DNA from: Bdellovibrionota bacterium | GTDB lineage: Bacteria; Bdellovibrionota; UBA1018; UBA923 | Length of the DNA: 15,788 bases | NCBI GenBank assembly: GCA_040754655.1 | Contig: JBFMCE010000091.1 | Location: 1-15,788 of the forward strand | Direction of reading: 5' to 3' | Shown here: piece by piece, positions 1 to 7,397 of the stretch | How the letters are laid out: every line of letters starts with the position of its first letter | Position numbering within the stretch: position 1 is the first letter of the stretch | The notes under the pieces: model-generated | The model's database searches: none | Told to the model about the DNA's origin: nothing | What the model saw: only the letters and a program-made list of their open reading frames with translations | Made by a program: the position numbers and the translations under genes

Positions 1-423
1 GGCCTTGGGAAGGAACTCCTCTGCTGCGATATATCCTGATTGTTTAGTCGTCTTCTCACGCGGCAAGGCTTTTTTAGGGACCTGAAAAACCGCTTTTGGG
101 AAAGCACTGTGAAAAACCTCACCCAAAGGCAATTGGTAATATTCTGAAATCCAATTGAAGAAATGGAAATCCTTAGCCGAGAAAACAACCGAATCAAATG
201 GAACGCTCAGCACCTCTTTGAGCTCAATCCCTCGAAGCTTGGGGTCAGCGAGATCTGTAAGCGAGACTACGAAACCTTCGATTACCCTTGAACGAAAGGG
301 CACTTTGACTAGGCTTCCTACGCGAAGGCCCTCCTTGAGATCTTCAGGCACGAGGTAAGATAAAGGTCCCGGTAGAGGGCGAGGAACGATGACATTGGCT
401 ACTAAAGGAACTACCTGATCCAT
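1..423 (-). CDS. priA: Primosomal protein N' (PriA), 5' part; runs off the left edge of the window
   Basis: Not in the ORF track. Manual translation from ATG at 423 is open to position 1: MDQVVPLVANVIVPRPLPGPLSYLVPEDLKEGLRVGSLVKVPFRSRVIEGFVV...FFNWISEYYQLPLGEVFHSAFP. This matches the PriA N-terminal 3'-DNA-binding domain pattern (Y.vP....G..V.VPF....G.V; W.s.YY..p.Gev). The start overlaps the upstream gene end by 13 nt. Confidence 0.9.
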   Translation of the reverse strand, partial: MDQVVPLVANVIVPRPLPGPLSYLVPEDLKEGLRVGSLVKVPFRSRVIEGFVVSLTDLADPKLRGIELKEVLSVPFDSVVFSAKDFHFFNWISEYYQLPLGEVFHSAFPKAVFQVPKKALPREKTTKQSGYIAAEEFLPKA

Positions 424-1250
424 TTGAGGTACGTCGCTATAAAGTCTCTGGTGTTCCCGTCAATATCTGATTTTACTCGTGAAGTCGGATGGGTCTTTGA
501 ATCCAGCGCTTTTACCGAGAGTGTTTCGATGCGCAACCAGAGTCTGCCGTCACGCATGACTTGAATCGACTTCGGGTAGAGAAAACTCTTCGGATTGCCG
601 TAGACCTGGTATTGCGAAAACCTGAAGTCCAAGGGCTCTGAACTAAACCCAGATTCGGGCGCCGATGGCATGACAGCGCGTAGCGGAAGATAACTGTCCT
701 TTTCAACCCAAAGTTGGGGAGCCTTGGGCATCTGTTGGTCTTTTGCCTGTCTTTCGCTTCCAATGGTGATCGCTACTCTGTTTTCATGGCGTGTAAGCGC
801 GACAGTAGATTCAGGTTTGTAAGGCAGAGAGCCTTCTTTCTCTGAGTAAAGCTCGGTCTCGTTCTTCAAGGGAAGGCCGCGAAGCTTCAAGTGTTCGAAA
901 ATCGCCCCTTCATCTCGAATCATCAAAAGGTCGTAAAGCGTTGGGCGACCTAAGACGCCGGCGTTCGGGCCAGTGAGCTTTCGTGAATGAGAGGCGAGTT
1001 CTTCGCCGTTCTCATCAAGAAGCCGGATAAAAGAGGTATCCGTTCCGATCAACGAGAGCGTTTCTGAAAAAGCTCGATGAAATTCTCCGTTAGACTTATA
1101 AACATGGATCTTCTGCGAGAATTGCAGATCGGCGATGTTTGCATGTTTTTTTGCAAGCATGCGTACCACGTAAAAACTAGGTGATACATAAGCTGACGCT
1201 GAAGAGCTTACCAGCATCAGGCTCGCCACAAATGAAATTGAAAGACGCAT
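411..1250 (-). CDS. Secreted hypothetical protein, possibly LolA-like fold
   Basis: The ORF track starts at 1322, inside galU. ATG at 1250, 7 nt after the galU stop, gives a Sec signal peptide MRLSISFVASLMLVSSSASA|YV. The C-terminal half is beta-rich, and LWVEKDSYLPLR...FRFSQY resembles LolA-superfamily proteins. The fold call is inference. Confidence 0.7.
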   Translation of the reverse strand: MRLSISFVASLMLVSSSASAYVSPSFYVVRMLAKKHANIADLQFSQKIHVYKSNGEFHRAFSETLSLIGTDTSFIRLLDENGEELASHSRKLTGPNAGVLGRPTLYDLLMIRDEGAIFEHLKLRGLPLKNETELYSEKEGSLPYKPESTVALTRHENRVAITIGSERQAKDQQMPKAPQLWVEKDSYLPLRAVMPSAPESGFSSEPLDFRFSQYQVYGNPKSFLYPKSIQVMRDGRLWLRIETLSVKALDSKTHPTSRVKSDIDGNTRDFIATYLKWIR

Positions 1251-1257
1251 CAGGAAC

Positions 1258-2121
1258 TTACCCCAGGTATTCTGATAATACCCTTCGCACCCCATCGGCA
1301 AGATCTGGTCGCTTGAGCGCAAAGGCTATCGTTGCTTCGATAAACCCAAGTTTATCGCCAGTATCGTACCGTCTGCCATCAAAAAGATAAGCAAGCAGTC
1401 CTTCTTCTACGGCCAGTCGTGCCAAAGCGTCGGTGAGTTGAATTTCTCCGCCGCGCCCGGGCGTGGTTTCAGCAATGAATTCAAAGACGTCAGGCGTAAG
1501 CACGTAGCGCCCAGGGCAAGCAAGTTGCGAAGGAGAATGCTCGGGCTGAGGTTTTTCAACCATCTCAGTCACCGTATAAAGTTGGTCGGTGATGCGTTTG
1601 CCCCCGATGATGCCGTACTTTGAAACTTCCTTTTTTGGCACCTTCATCACGCCGATGACTGAGGTCTCGCGCTCTTCAAAAACATTGATCAGTTGTTTGA
1701 TGCAGGGAACTTCCGAGACAATGAGGTCATCGCCCAATAAAACAGCAAATGGCTCATCACCCACCACCTGGCGTGCTGCGAGAACAGCATGCCCAAGGCC
1801 CAGGGGTTGTTTTTGACGAACCGCAATGATGTTCGCCATTTTCGAGACGTTCTCGGTAACCTCAAGCAAATCGCTCTTCTTCTTCTGCCTCAAGGTTTCT
1901 TCAACTTCAAAAGAGTGATCGAAGTGATCAACGATAGAGTCTTTTCCTCGGGCCGTAATGAGGATGATGTCTTCGATTCCGGCATGCACGCATTCTTCGA
2001 TGATGTACTGAATCATCGGTTTATCGATGATCGGGATCATTTCCTTCGGAATCGATTTTGTGGCTGGAAGAAAGCGCGTACCAAGGCCTGCAGCCGGAAT
2101 GACAGCCTTTTTCACCTTCAT
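1258..2121 (-). CDS. galU: UTP--glucose-1-phosphate uridylyltransferase
   Basis: KKAVIPAAGLGTRFLPATKSIPKEM, RQKQPLGLGHAV, LLGDD, MVEKP, GRYVL, GGEIQLTDA and YDTG motifs. GGAGG RBS at 2132-2136. Confidence 0.97.
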   Translation of the reverse strand: MKVKKAVIPAAGLGTRFLPATKSIPKEMIPIIDKPMIQYIIEECVHAGIEDIILITARGKDSIVDHFDHSFEVEETLRQKKKSDLLEVTENVSKMANIIAVRQKQPLGLGHAVLAARQVVGDEPFAVLLGDDLIVSEVPCIKQLINVFEERETSVIGVMKVPKKEVSKYGIIGGKRITDQLYTVTEMVEKPQPEHSPSQLACPGRYVLTPDVFEFIAETTPGRGGEIQLTDALARLAVEEGLLAYLFDGRRYDTGDKLGFIEATIAFALKRPDLADGVRRVLSEYLG

Positions 2122-2169
2122 AGACGAATCCCCTCCCTCGTCTTAAGAAAAAATCTTTTGATGCGCCGA

Positions 2170-2544
2170 TCAGGCGTAACGATAACGGTGTTCCGCGCCT
2201 TCGAGCTCGGATTTGCAATCGATGCAAAGCGTCGTAACTGGGCGTGCTTTCAAGCGCTGTTCTGCAATTTCTTCGCCACAGCGTTCGCATTCGCCGAAGG
2301 TTCCTTCATCAATACGACGAAGGGCCTCTTCGATTTTAGTCATTAGCATGCGTTCACGGTCGCGAATCTTCAACTGTAGAGTCTTGTCTGTTTCAACGCT
2401 TGCGACGTCAGTCCAGTCAGCGTACACTTCATCATCATGGGAGATTTGACTCACCGTTTGATGCATGTCTTTATTAAGAGACTCAAGCTGACCAGTCAGT
2501 ACTTTACGAAAATATTCCAATTTTGCCTTATTCATAAGCTCCAT
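2170..2544 (-). CDS. dksA: RNA polymerase-binding transcription factor DksA
   Basis: Coiled-coil tip DxxDxA (DWTDVA), RDRER..KIEEALRRI.EGTFG, and a C4 zinc finger CERC...RLKARP.TTLCIDCK. Alternative start at ATG 2535. Confidence 0.93.
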   Translation of the reverse strand: MELMNKAKLEYFRKVLTGQLESLNKDMHQTVSQISHDDEVYADWTDVASVETDKTLQLKIRDRERMLMTKIEEALRRIDEGTFGECERCGEEIAEQRLKARPVTTLCIDCKSELEGAEHRYRYA

Positions 2545-3444
2545 ACCTTTAACCCAGCGCGAAACCGAAGTAAAGACTCCCCCCGGAGAGCTTTTTACTG
2601 GGCAACTGGGGCTGTTTTGGCCTGGACCATTAATTCCGCTCTAGCTCTAGATTTTCAATCTTCTCGAACACTTAGCCTTGCTCAGAGCGGCAGGGGTGGT
2701 GCTCTTCTCAACGACACAATTACATTGAATCCAAGCCTGTTAGGTTTTCAGCCAATCTCCTCGGTTTCTGGAACCTTTAATTGGTTCAATAGTCCCCAGG
2801 TGAATGACGGTACTCAAAATCGCCTCTATAACGTTTCAGTTATTGACGGGAAAAACCAGTACGTCAATGCAGGGCTCTCTTTTACTCGAAGACCTGACCT
2901 CGATTTTATACATGCCGCATTGGCCAAGCGTGCATTGCAATGGCTTTCTTTTGGTGCTTCATTAAAGCGGTTTTCAAGTTACTCCAACTCCCGCGCGGCG
3001 GCCGGAGGTTCAGTAAATGGTTTTGATGGGGGATTATCCGCATCAATCGCCTTTCCTCCGAGTTTGATTTCTACTCCGATCCAACTCGGGTTTACCGCAG
3101 ACAACTTAATGCATTCCTCGAAGGACGAACCCTACGTCGGCCCTCGACAGTTGGGCGCCGGCGTAAAAGTGACCTTGCGCGAGATGCTCATGCTCTACGG
3201 GGACATCGTTGAAAATTATTCGCATTTCACGGGAGCTTATCCCATCTACAGCGCTGGAGCTGAGATCAGCTTAGGCGCAGATTTCTATGCGCGAGGCGGG
3301 TTATTTGGCTTTCGCGAGTCGGGATGGAGTTTTGGTGGCGGTTGGGTTGGCCCTCGCATGGGCGTAAGTTACGGTTATCAGAACAGGCAAGTCAGGGCGG
3401 ATCGCAGTTACCAACACGCCGTAACCATGGATATTTTCATGTAG
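2437..3444 (+). CDS. Outer-membrane beta-barrel protein, FadL/OmpP1/PorV-like (start uncertain)
   Basis: Signal-peptide-like segment RRAFYWATGAVLAWTINSALA|LD, followed by RTLSLAQSGRG..NDTITLNPSLLG, which resembles the N-terminal R..aMGga...NPA motif of FadL/PorV-type barrels. Then alternating Gly/aromatic beta-strands to the C-terminus. The true start cannot be fixed (see findings). Confidence 0.65.
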   Translation: MGDLTHRLMHVFIKRLKLTSQYFTKIFQFCLIHKLHTFNPARNRSKDSPRRAFYWATGAVLAWTINSALALDFQSSRTLSLAQSGRGGALLNDTITLNPSLLGFQPISSVSGTFNWFNSPQVNDGTQNRLYNVSVIDGKNQYVNAGLSFTRRPDLDFIHAALAKRALQWLSFGASLKRFSSYSNSRAAAGGSVNGFDGGLSASIAFPPSLISTPIQLGFTADNLMHSSKDEPYVGPRQLGAGVKVTLREMLMLYGDIVENYSHFTGAYPIYSAGAEISLGADFYARGGLFGFRESGWSFGGGWVGPRMGVSYGYQNRQVRADRSYQHAVTMDIFM

Positions 3445-3445
3445 C

Positions 3446-4237
3446 TCATCTCCGCCAAAATAATTTTGGTTTGTGAGAGTGTGGGTTTTTTCCAATTGAA
3501 ATGTCTTCATCATCAACGCCATAAATATCGGCGATCAACTTCGTGGTTAAGGTTTCTTCAAAGCTTCCGGCTGAGTAAACGCTTCCCTGGTGAAGCCAAA
3601 TGACGTTTGAGCAGAACTCAGCGGCTAAATTGAGATCATGACTTACCACCAATATGGTCATCCCTTCATTTTTCAGCGCATTGAGAAGCATGAAGACTTT
3701 CTGTTGGTACTTGATGTCTAGGTTGGCGGTGGCCTCGTCAAACAAGAGCACCTTCGGTGTTTGAGCAATGGCCCTGGCGATCAACACTAGCTGCAATTCG
3801 CCGAGAGAGAGCGAGGCCAGGGAAGTGTTTTCAAAACCTGCTATCCCGACCTTATCGATAGCGCTACGAGCGATGGAATAGTCTTCGTGAGTGGGCCTTG
3901 ACCAGTAATCGGTCCAGGGATAGCGCGCCTGCAAGACGAAATTCAAAACCGAGATTGAAAACGTGGTCTTCAAAAAACCAGGGACGAATGCGATGTGACG
4001 GGCAAGCTCCAACCTTGTCCATTGTTGCACTGGTTTCGAGTTCCATGAGATCTCCCCTGAGAGGTCTTTTGACGGTAAAAAGCCGCAGGCGAGTCGAAGC
4101 AAAGTCGACTTGCCAGAGCCATTGGGCCCGGCCAAACACCAATAAGATCCTGTCTCGATTGAAAAACTGATGCCGGAAAGAGCCGAGTTCTTTTGAGAAG
4201 GATACCGATAATCAAGGTTTCTGATCGTCAACTGCAC
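3446..4237 (-). CDS. ABC transporter ATP-binding protein, BtuD/FepC/FecE (iron-chelate/cobalamin) family
   Basis: GTG start. Walker A GPNGSGKST, signature LSLGE, ARAIAQ.P, Walker B/D-loop LLFDEATANLD, H-switch VSHDLNLA, and C-terminal LT...IADIYGV. Confidence 0.92.
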   Translation of the reverse strand: MQLTIRNLDYRYPSQKNSALSGISFSIETGSYWCLAGPNGSGKSTLLRLACGFLPSKDLSGEISWNSKPVQQWTRLELARHIAFVPGFLKTTFSISVLNFVLQARYPWTDYWSRPTHEDYSIARSAIDKVGIAGFENTSLASLSLGELQLVLIARAIAQTPKVLLFDEATANLDIKYQQKVFMLLNALKNEGMTILVVSHDLNLAAEFCSNVIWLHQGSVYSAGSFEETLTTKLIADIYGVDDEDISIGKNPHSHKPKLFWRR

Positions 4238-4243
4238 TTGTTG

Positions 4244-5191
4244 TTACCGCTCCTGCTTCCGAGCAATCATCAAGAAAAATGGGGCCCCCATGAGCGCCAT
4301 CACAACCCCTACGGGAAGCTCGGAAGGACGCGCAACTACTCGGGCTGCGACGTCTGAACACGCGATCAATGCAGCGCCGCCGAGAAAAGAGGCTGGTATC
4401 AAGGTAAAATGCCGGCGCAACCCTAGTCTGCGAAGGGTATGGGGAACGATGAGGCCGACAAATCCGATGACGCCTGCCACTGACACGCAGACCGCCGTCA
4501 TCAGGGCAACCAAGATGAAAACTCTTCTGCGAAAGGCGCCTATATTTAATCCTACGCTTTCGGCTGAGAGCTCATCGACGGAGAGCAGATCCAAAGGCTT
4601 CCAATGAAGCCATCCGATCACCGTCGCGATGCACATGAGTGCAAGTGTTGCCGAGGCTTCGCTCAGTGACAACGGACCAAAAGCTCCCATGAGCCAAGTG
4701 AAAGTGCTGGTCCAAGCGGCCGGATCAGCCAAAGCCATGACAAGCGTCGCTAGAGAAGTGAAAAAGAAACCCACGATGACGCCCGCCAGCAGCACCTCGG
4801 TAGAATGCCTAAAACTCTTTCTAAGCCAAAAGCCCAAGAAAACGAGGGCAGCCAGCGAGAAAATAAAGGCCGAGACTCCGGCTCCTAGAAATTGGTGCGA
4901 CTTGAGAAGTGATCCCAAGACGGCGCCAAGAGCCGCCGCAGAGGCGATTCCAATGGTGTATGGATCCGCCAGCGGATTGCCAAGGCTTGCTTGGATGAGC
5001 GTACCCGCGACCGCCAATCCCCCTCCTACCGCAATCGCACAAATGGTTCGAGGCACGCGCAAGAGCCAGAAGATCTGTTCGTCGAATCCTTCGGTGGCAC
5101 CGACGTTCAGTGAAAGCAATGCGCCTCCGATGAATAAGAGAACGAGCGCGGCGAATATATTAAACTCTAATCTCTTTTCCTTTTCGCGCAT
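4244..5191 (-). CDS. ABC transporter permease, BtuC/FecCD family
   Basis: LRVPR, Q...NPLADPY.IG, WLMG, AGVIGFVGLIVPH and ELPVG..MA.MGAPFF motifs, with many TM helices. Start placed at ATG 5191, which overlaps the upstream stop as TGATG; the ORF track start at 5254 lies inside the upstream gene. Confidence 0.93.
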   Translation of the reverse strand: MREKEKRLEFNIFAALVLLFIGGALLSLNVGATEGFDEQIFWLLRVPRTICAIAVGGGLAVAGTLIQASLGNPLADPYTIGIASAAALGAVLGSLLKSHQFLGAGVSAFIFSLAALVFLGFWLRKSFRHSTEVLLAGVIVGFFFTSLATLVMALADPAAWTSTFTWLMGAFGPLSLSEASATLALMCIATVIGWLHWKPLDLLSVDELSAESVGLNIGAFRRRVFILVALMTAVCVSVAGVIGFVGLIVPHTLRRLGLRRHFTLIPASFLGGAALIACSDVAARVVARPSELPVGVVMALMGAPFFLMIARKQER

Positions 5192-6639
5192 CAGATGATC
5201 TTTCCAAGTTCTTCCAATCCCTTTAGTAGCGTAAAGCCCGGTTTCGTCAGCCATTCCCCGGGCACGATGTAGACTTGATTTGAGCGCACGGCGCGCATGT
5301 TCTTGAACTGTAGCCAGAACTTGCGCGACTGCTCCGCCTCATTGCCGGAAGCGGTGAGCTTGCAAATGATGAGTACCTCTGGGTCTTTTGCGATGACTTC
5401 CTCAGGATTGGGCCGCGGGTACTTCGTGGGGGCATCGGAGAATATATTGTCGCCACCTGAGATTCTGACAAGCTCATCGATGAAGGTGCGTTTGCTGATC
5501 GTGATAAGAGGTTCCCAGCCTACTTGAATAAATACTTTCTTCTTTGTCTCGTGATTCGGCGTGCTTTTGTTTTTAGAAAAAGCCTTCCTAAGCGCGGCGA
5601 TTTTGGTCTGATCCTTCTGGCCCAAAGTTTTTGAAATCATCTCCGAGGTGCGGATGATGTCTGAGAGAGATTCTGTGTTGATGGTCAGGATCTTAAGCCC
5701 CAGTTTTTCAAGCTGGCTTACCGTTGAAGGCTCGTTTCCATCGATGCTTGCGAGCACGAGATCCGGGCGTAGTTTATAAATAGTTTCGACTGATAAATTG
5801 TTGTAGGGTCCCAGCAGATTCACTTTTCTTGAGAGATTTTCGGGGATGCTCGTGTATTCCGGCGCCCCAACCAGTCGATCGCCATAACCGAGGTCTATGA
5901 CCAATTCGGCGAGGCTTGGGATCAAGGCTACTATTCTTTCGGGCGCCTTCTCAAAAACCACCTTCTTTCCGCGGTAATCGGTCAAGGTCTGGTGAGCCGA
6001 GGCATCCTGGGGATGGAACGCGATCAATTGCGCCCCAACTAATAAGCCGACAAAAACCGAAGTTAAAAGTTTATTCCAATTGTCGCGGTGTCTTCCAAAG
6101 ACGATGAAAACCATGATGAAGATCGCCAGTTTGTCGCTTGTGCCGGGTAAGAAGAGGATCGCTCCTGCTAAGAGGCATAACATCGCGAATAAAGATCCTA
6201 GTGCTGAGACTCTAGTCGTTGCTAGCGAGAGAAGATAAACTAAAATGCTTGCGCCTCCCAGCCACGGATTGAATGCTAGCGCCGCTCCCAGCGTCGTAGA
6301 GACCCCCTTGCCTCCTCGAAACGAGAGAAAAGGCGAAAAACAATGGCCTAAAACTGAGGTTAACCCTATCCACAATGCAAGGTCTGGCCCCAGCTGTTCG
6401 TGTCGCGACGACAACTGGAGGTAATAAGCTACTGGCACGGCTCCTTTCAGAAAATCGAAGAGAAAGGTAAGGGCGCCAGGCACGACCCCTGCGGTCCGAA
6501 CGACGTTTGTCGCTCCGATGTTTGAACTGCCGACTTTTCGTAGATCAGAAACTCCCCAAAGCTTCGCGATAATCCAACCGAATGGGATTGCGCCGAGCAA
6601 GAATGAAACAGTGAGGGCTATGTACGCAGGGGTTTCCAT
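5191..6639 (-). CDS. plsY: Fusion of glycerol-3-phosphate acyltransferase PlsY (aa ~1-192) and a BtuF-like class III substrate-binding protein (aa ~216-482)
   Basis: N-terminal half: GAIPFG, DLRKVGSSNIGATNVVR, DFLKG, GHCFSPFLSFRGGKGVST and RHRDN (PlsY motifs 1-3). C-terminal half: TDYRG..V....PERIVAL.PSLAE, E.I..LRPDLV, FIDEL..ISGG.NIF, EEVIAKDPEV and AVRSNQVY (helical-backbone metal-chelate receptor). One uninterrupted reading frame. Confidence 0.9.
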   Translation of the reverse strand: METPAYIALTVSFLLGAIPFGWIIAKLWGVSDLRKVGSSNIGATNVVRTAGVVPGALTFLFDFLKGAVPVAYYLQLSSRHEQLGPDLALWIGLTSVLGHCFSPFLSFRGGKGVSTTLGAALAFNPWLGGASILVYLLSLATTRVSALGSLFAMLCLLAGAILFLPGTSDKLAIFIMVFIVFGRHRDNWNKLLTSVFVGLLVGAQLIAFHPQDASAHQTLTDYRGKKVVFEKAPERIVALIPSLAELVIDLGYGDRLVGAPEYTSIPENLSRKVNLLGPYNNLSVETIYKLRPDLVLASIDGNEPSTVSQLEKLGLKILTINTESLSDIIRTSEMISKTLGQKDQTKIAALRKAFSKNKSTPNHETKKKVFIQVGWEPLITISKRTFIDELVRISGGDNIFSDAPTKYPRPNPEEVIAKDPEVLIICKLTASGNEAEQSRKFWLQFKNMRAVRSNQVYIVPGEWLTKPGFTLLKGLEELGKII

Positions 6640-7397
6640 GCTTTGCTTCTATAACGATAAAGCGCGATTGCCCCCAAAATAACGATGATCGAGATGAATT
6701 GAGAAGTCGAGAGCACGTTTTCAATGACAAAACCCCTGATTTTATCTCCTCGGAAGATCTCAAGGATCGATCGAATGATGGAATAACCGATGAAATAGAG
6801 GCACAAAAGCTGGCCATCAAACTTCTTCCTCACGCGCAGCCAACGCAAAAAGAAAAATAACGCGAACAGCGACGCAGATTCATACAGTTGCGTGGGATGA
6901 AGGTAGACGCCATGCAAGTGCGGCTCAACTAAGCTGGAATAGAGCTTGATGCCCCAATTCTCACCCGTGGGTTTGCCGTAACAGCAACCTGCTGAGAGGC
7001 ACCCGAGCCTGCCAAATGCATGCGCCAAGGGTACGGATGTCGCGCTGAGGTCCAGCATGGTCCAACGCGGAAGTTTGTGTTTTTTCGTATACCAAAGGAA
7101 AAATGGAATATTAAGGAGCGGCCCACCGAAAAAAACAAGCCCTCCTTCCCAAACATAAAAGATCTCAATAGGGTGGCTTGAATAATAAGACCAGCGAGTC
7201 AAAACATAAAGGATTCGCGAGCCGATCATTCCGATCAAGAGCGACCAGAAGCCAAGGTCGACCATCTTCTCGCCCGGTAGGCCAAGTCTTTCGGTTTCAC
7301 GCTTCGCTACCCACAGTGATAACAAGAAGCCCGTCGCGATCAGCAGCCCATAAGTGTGTATGGGAAAACCCCCAATCTCAATGAGCACCGGAAACAT
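6618..7397 (-). CDS. lgt: Prolipoprotein diacylglyceryl transferase
   Basis: TYGL, GSRILYV, WEGGLVFFGG, GRLGC..AGCCYG, HPTQLYES and Y..IR..LE.FR motifs. Lies directly after lspA. Confidence 0.95.
   Translation of the reverse strand: MFPVLIEIGGFPIHTYGLLIATGFLLSLWVAKRETERLGLPGEKMVDLGFWSLLIGMIGSRILYVLTRWSYYSSHPIEIFYVWEGGLVFFGGPLLNIPFFLWYTKKHKLPRWTMLDLSATSVPLAHAFGRLGCLSAGCCYGKPTGENWGIKLYSSLVEPHLHGVYLHPTQLYESASLFALFFFLRWLRVRKKFDGQLLCLYFIGYSIIRSILEIFRGDKIRGFVIENVLSTSQFISIIVILGAIALYRYRSKAWKPLRT

Noticed and set aside
155..358. Plus-strand 67-aa ORF
   Set aside because: Antisense shadow of priA, with no recognisable motifs.
1789..2346. 185-aa plus-strand ORF opposite galU/dksA
   Set aside because: Fully antisense to two conserved genes, with no family features.
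3449..3457. TCTCCGCCA identical to the tRNA 3' end (possible att site)
   Set aside because: Only 9 nt, inside the ATPase coding end, and the intervening DNA is core housekeeping genes with no integrase. Chance is sufficient.
4290..5198. 105-aa and 189-aa plus-strand ORFs rich in A/T/P/K/S
   Set aside because: This composition is what the reverse complement of a hydrophobic permease gene produces.
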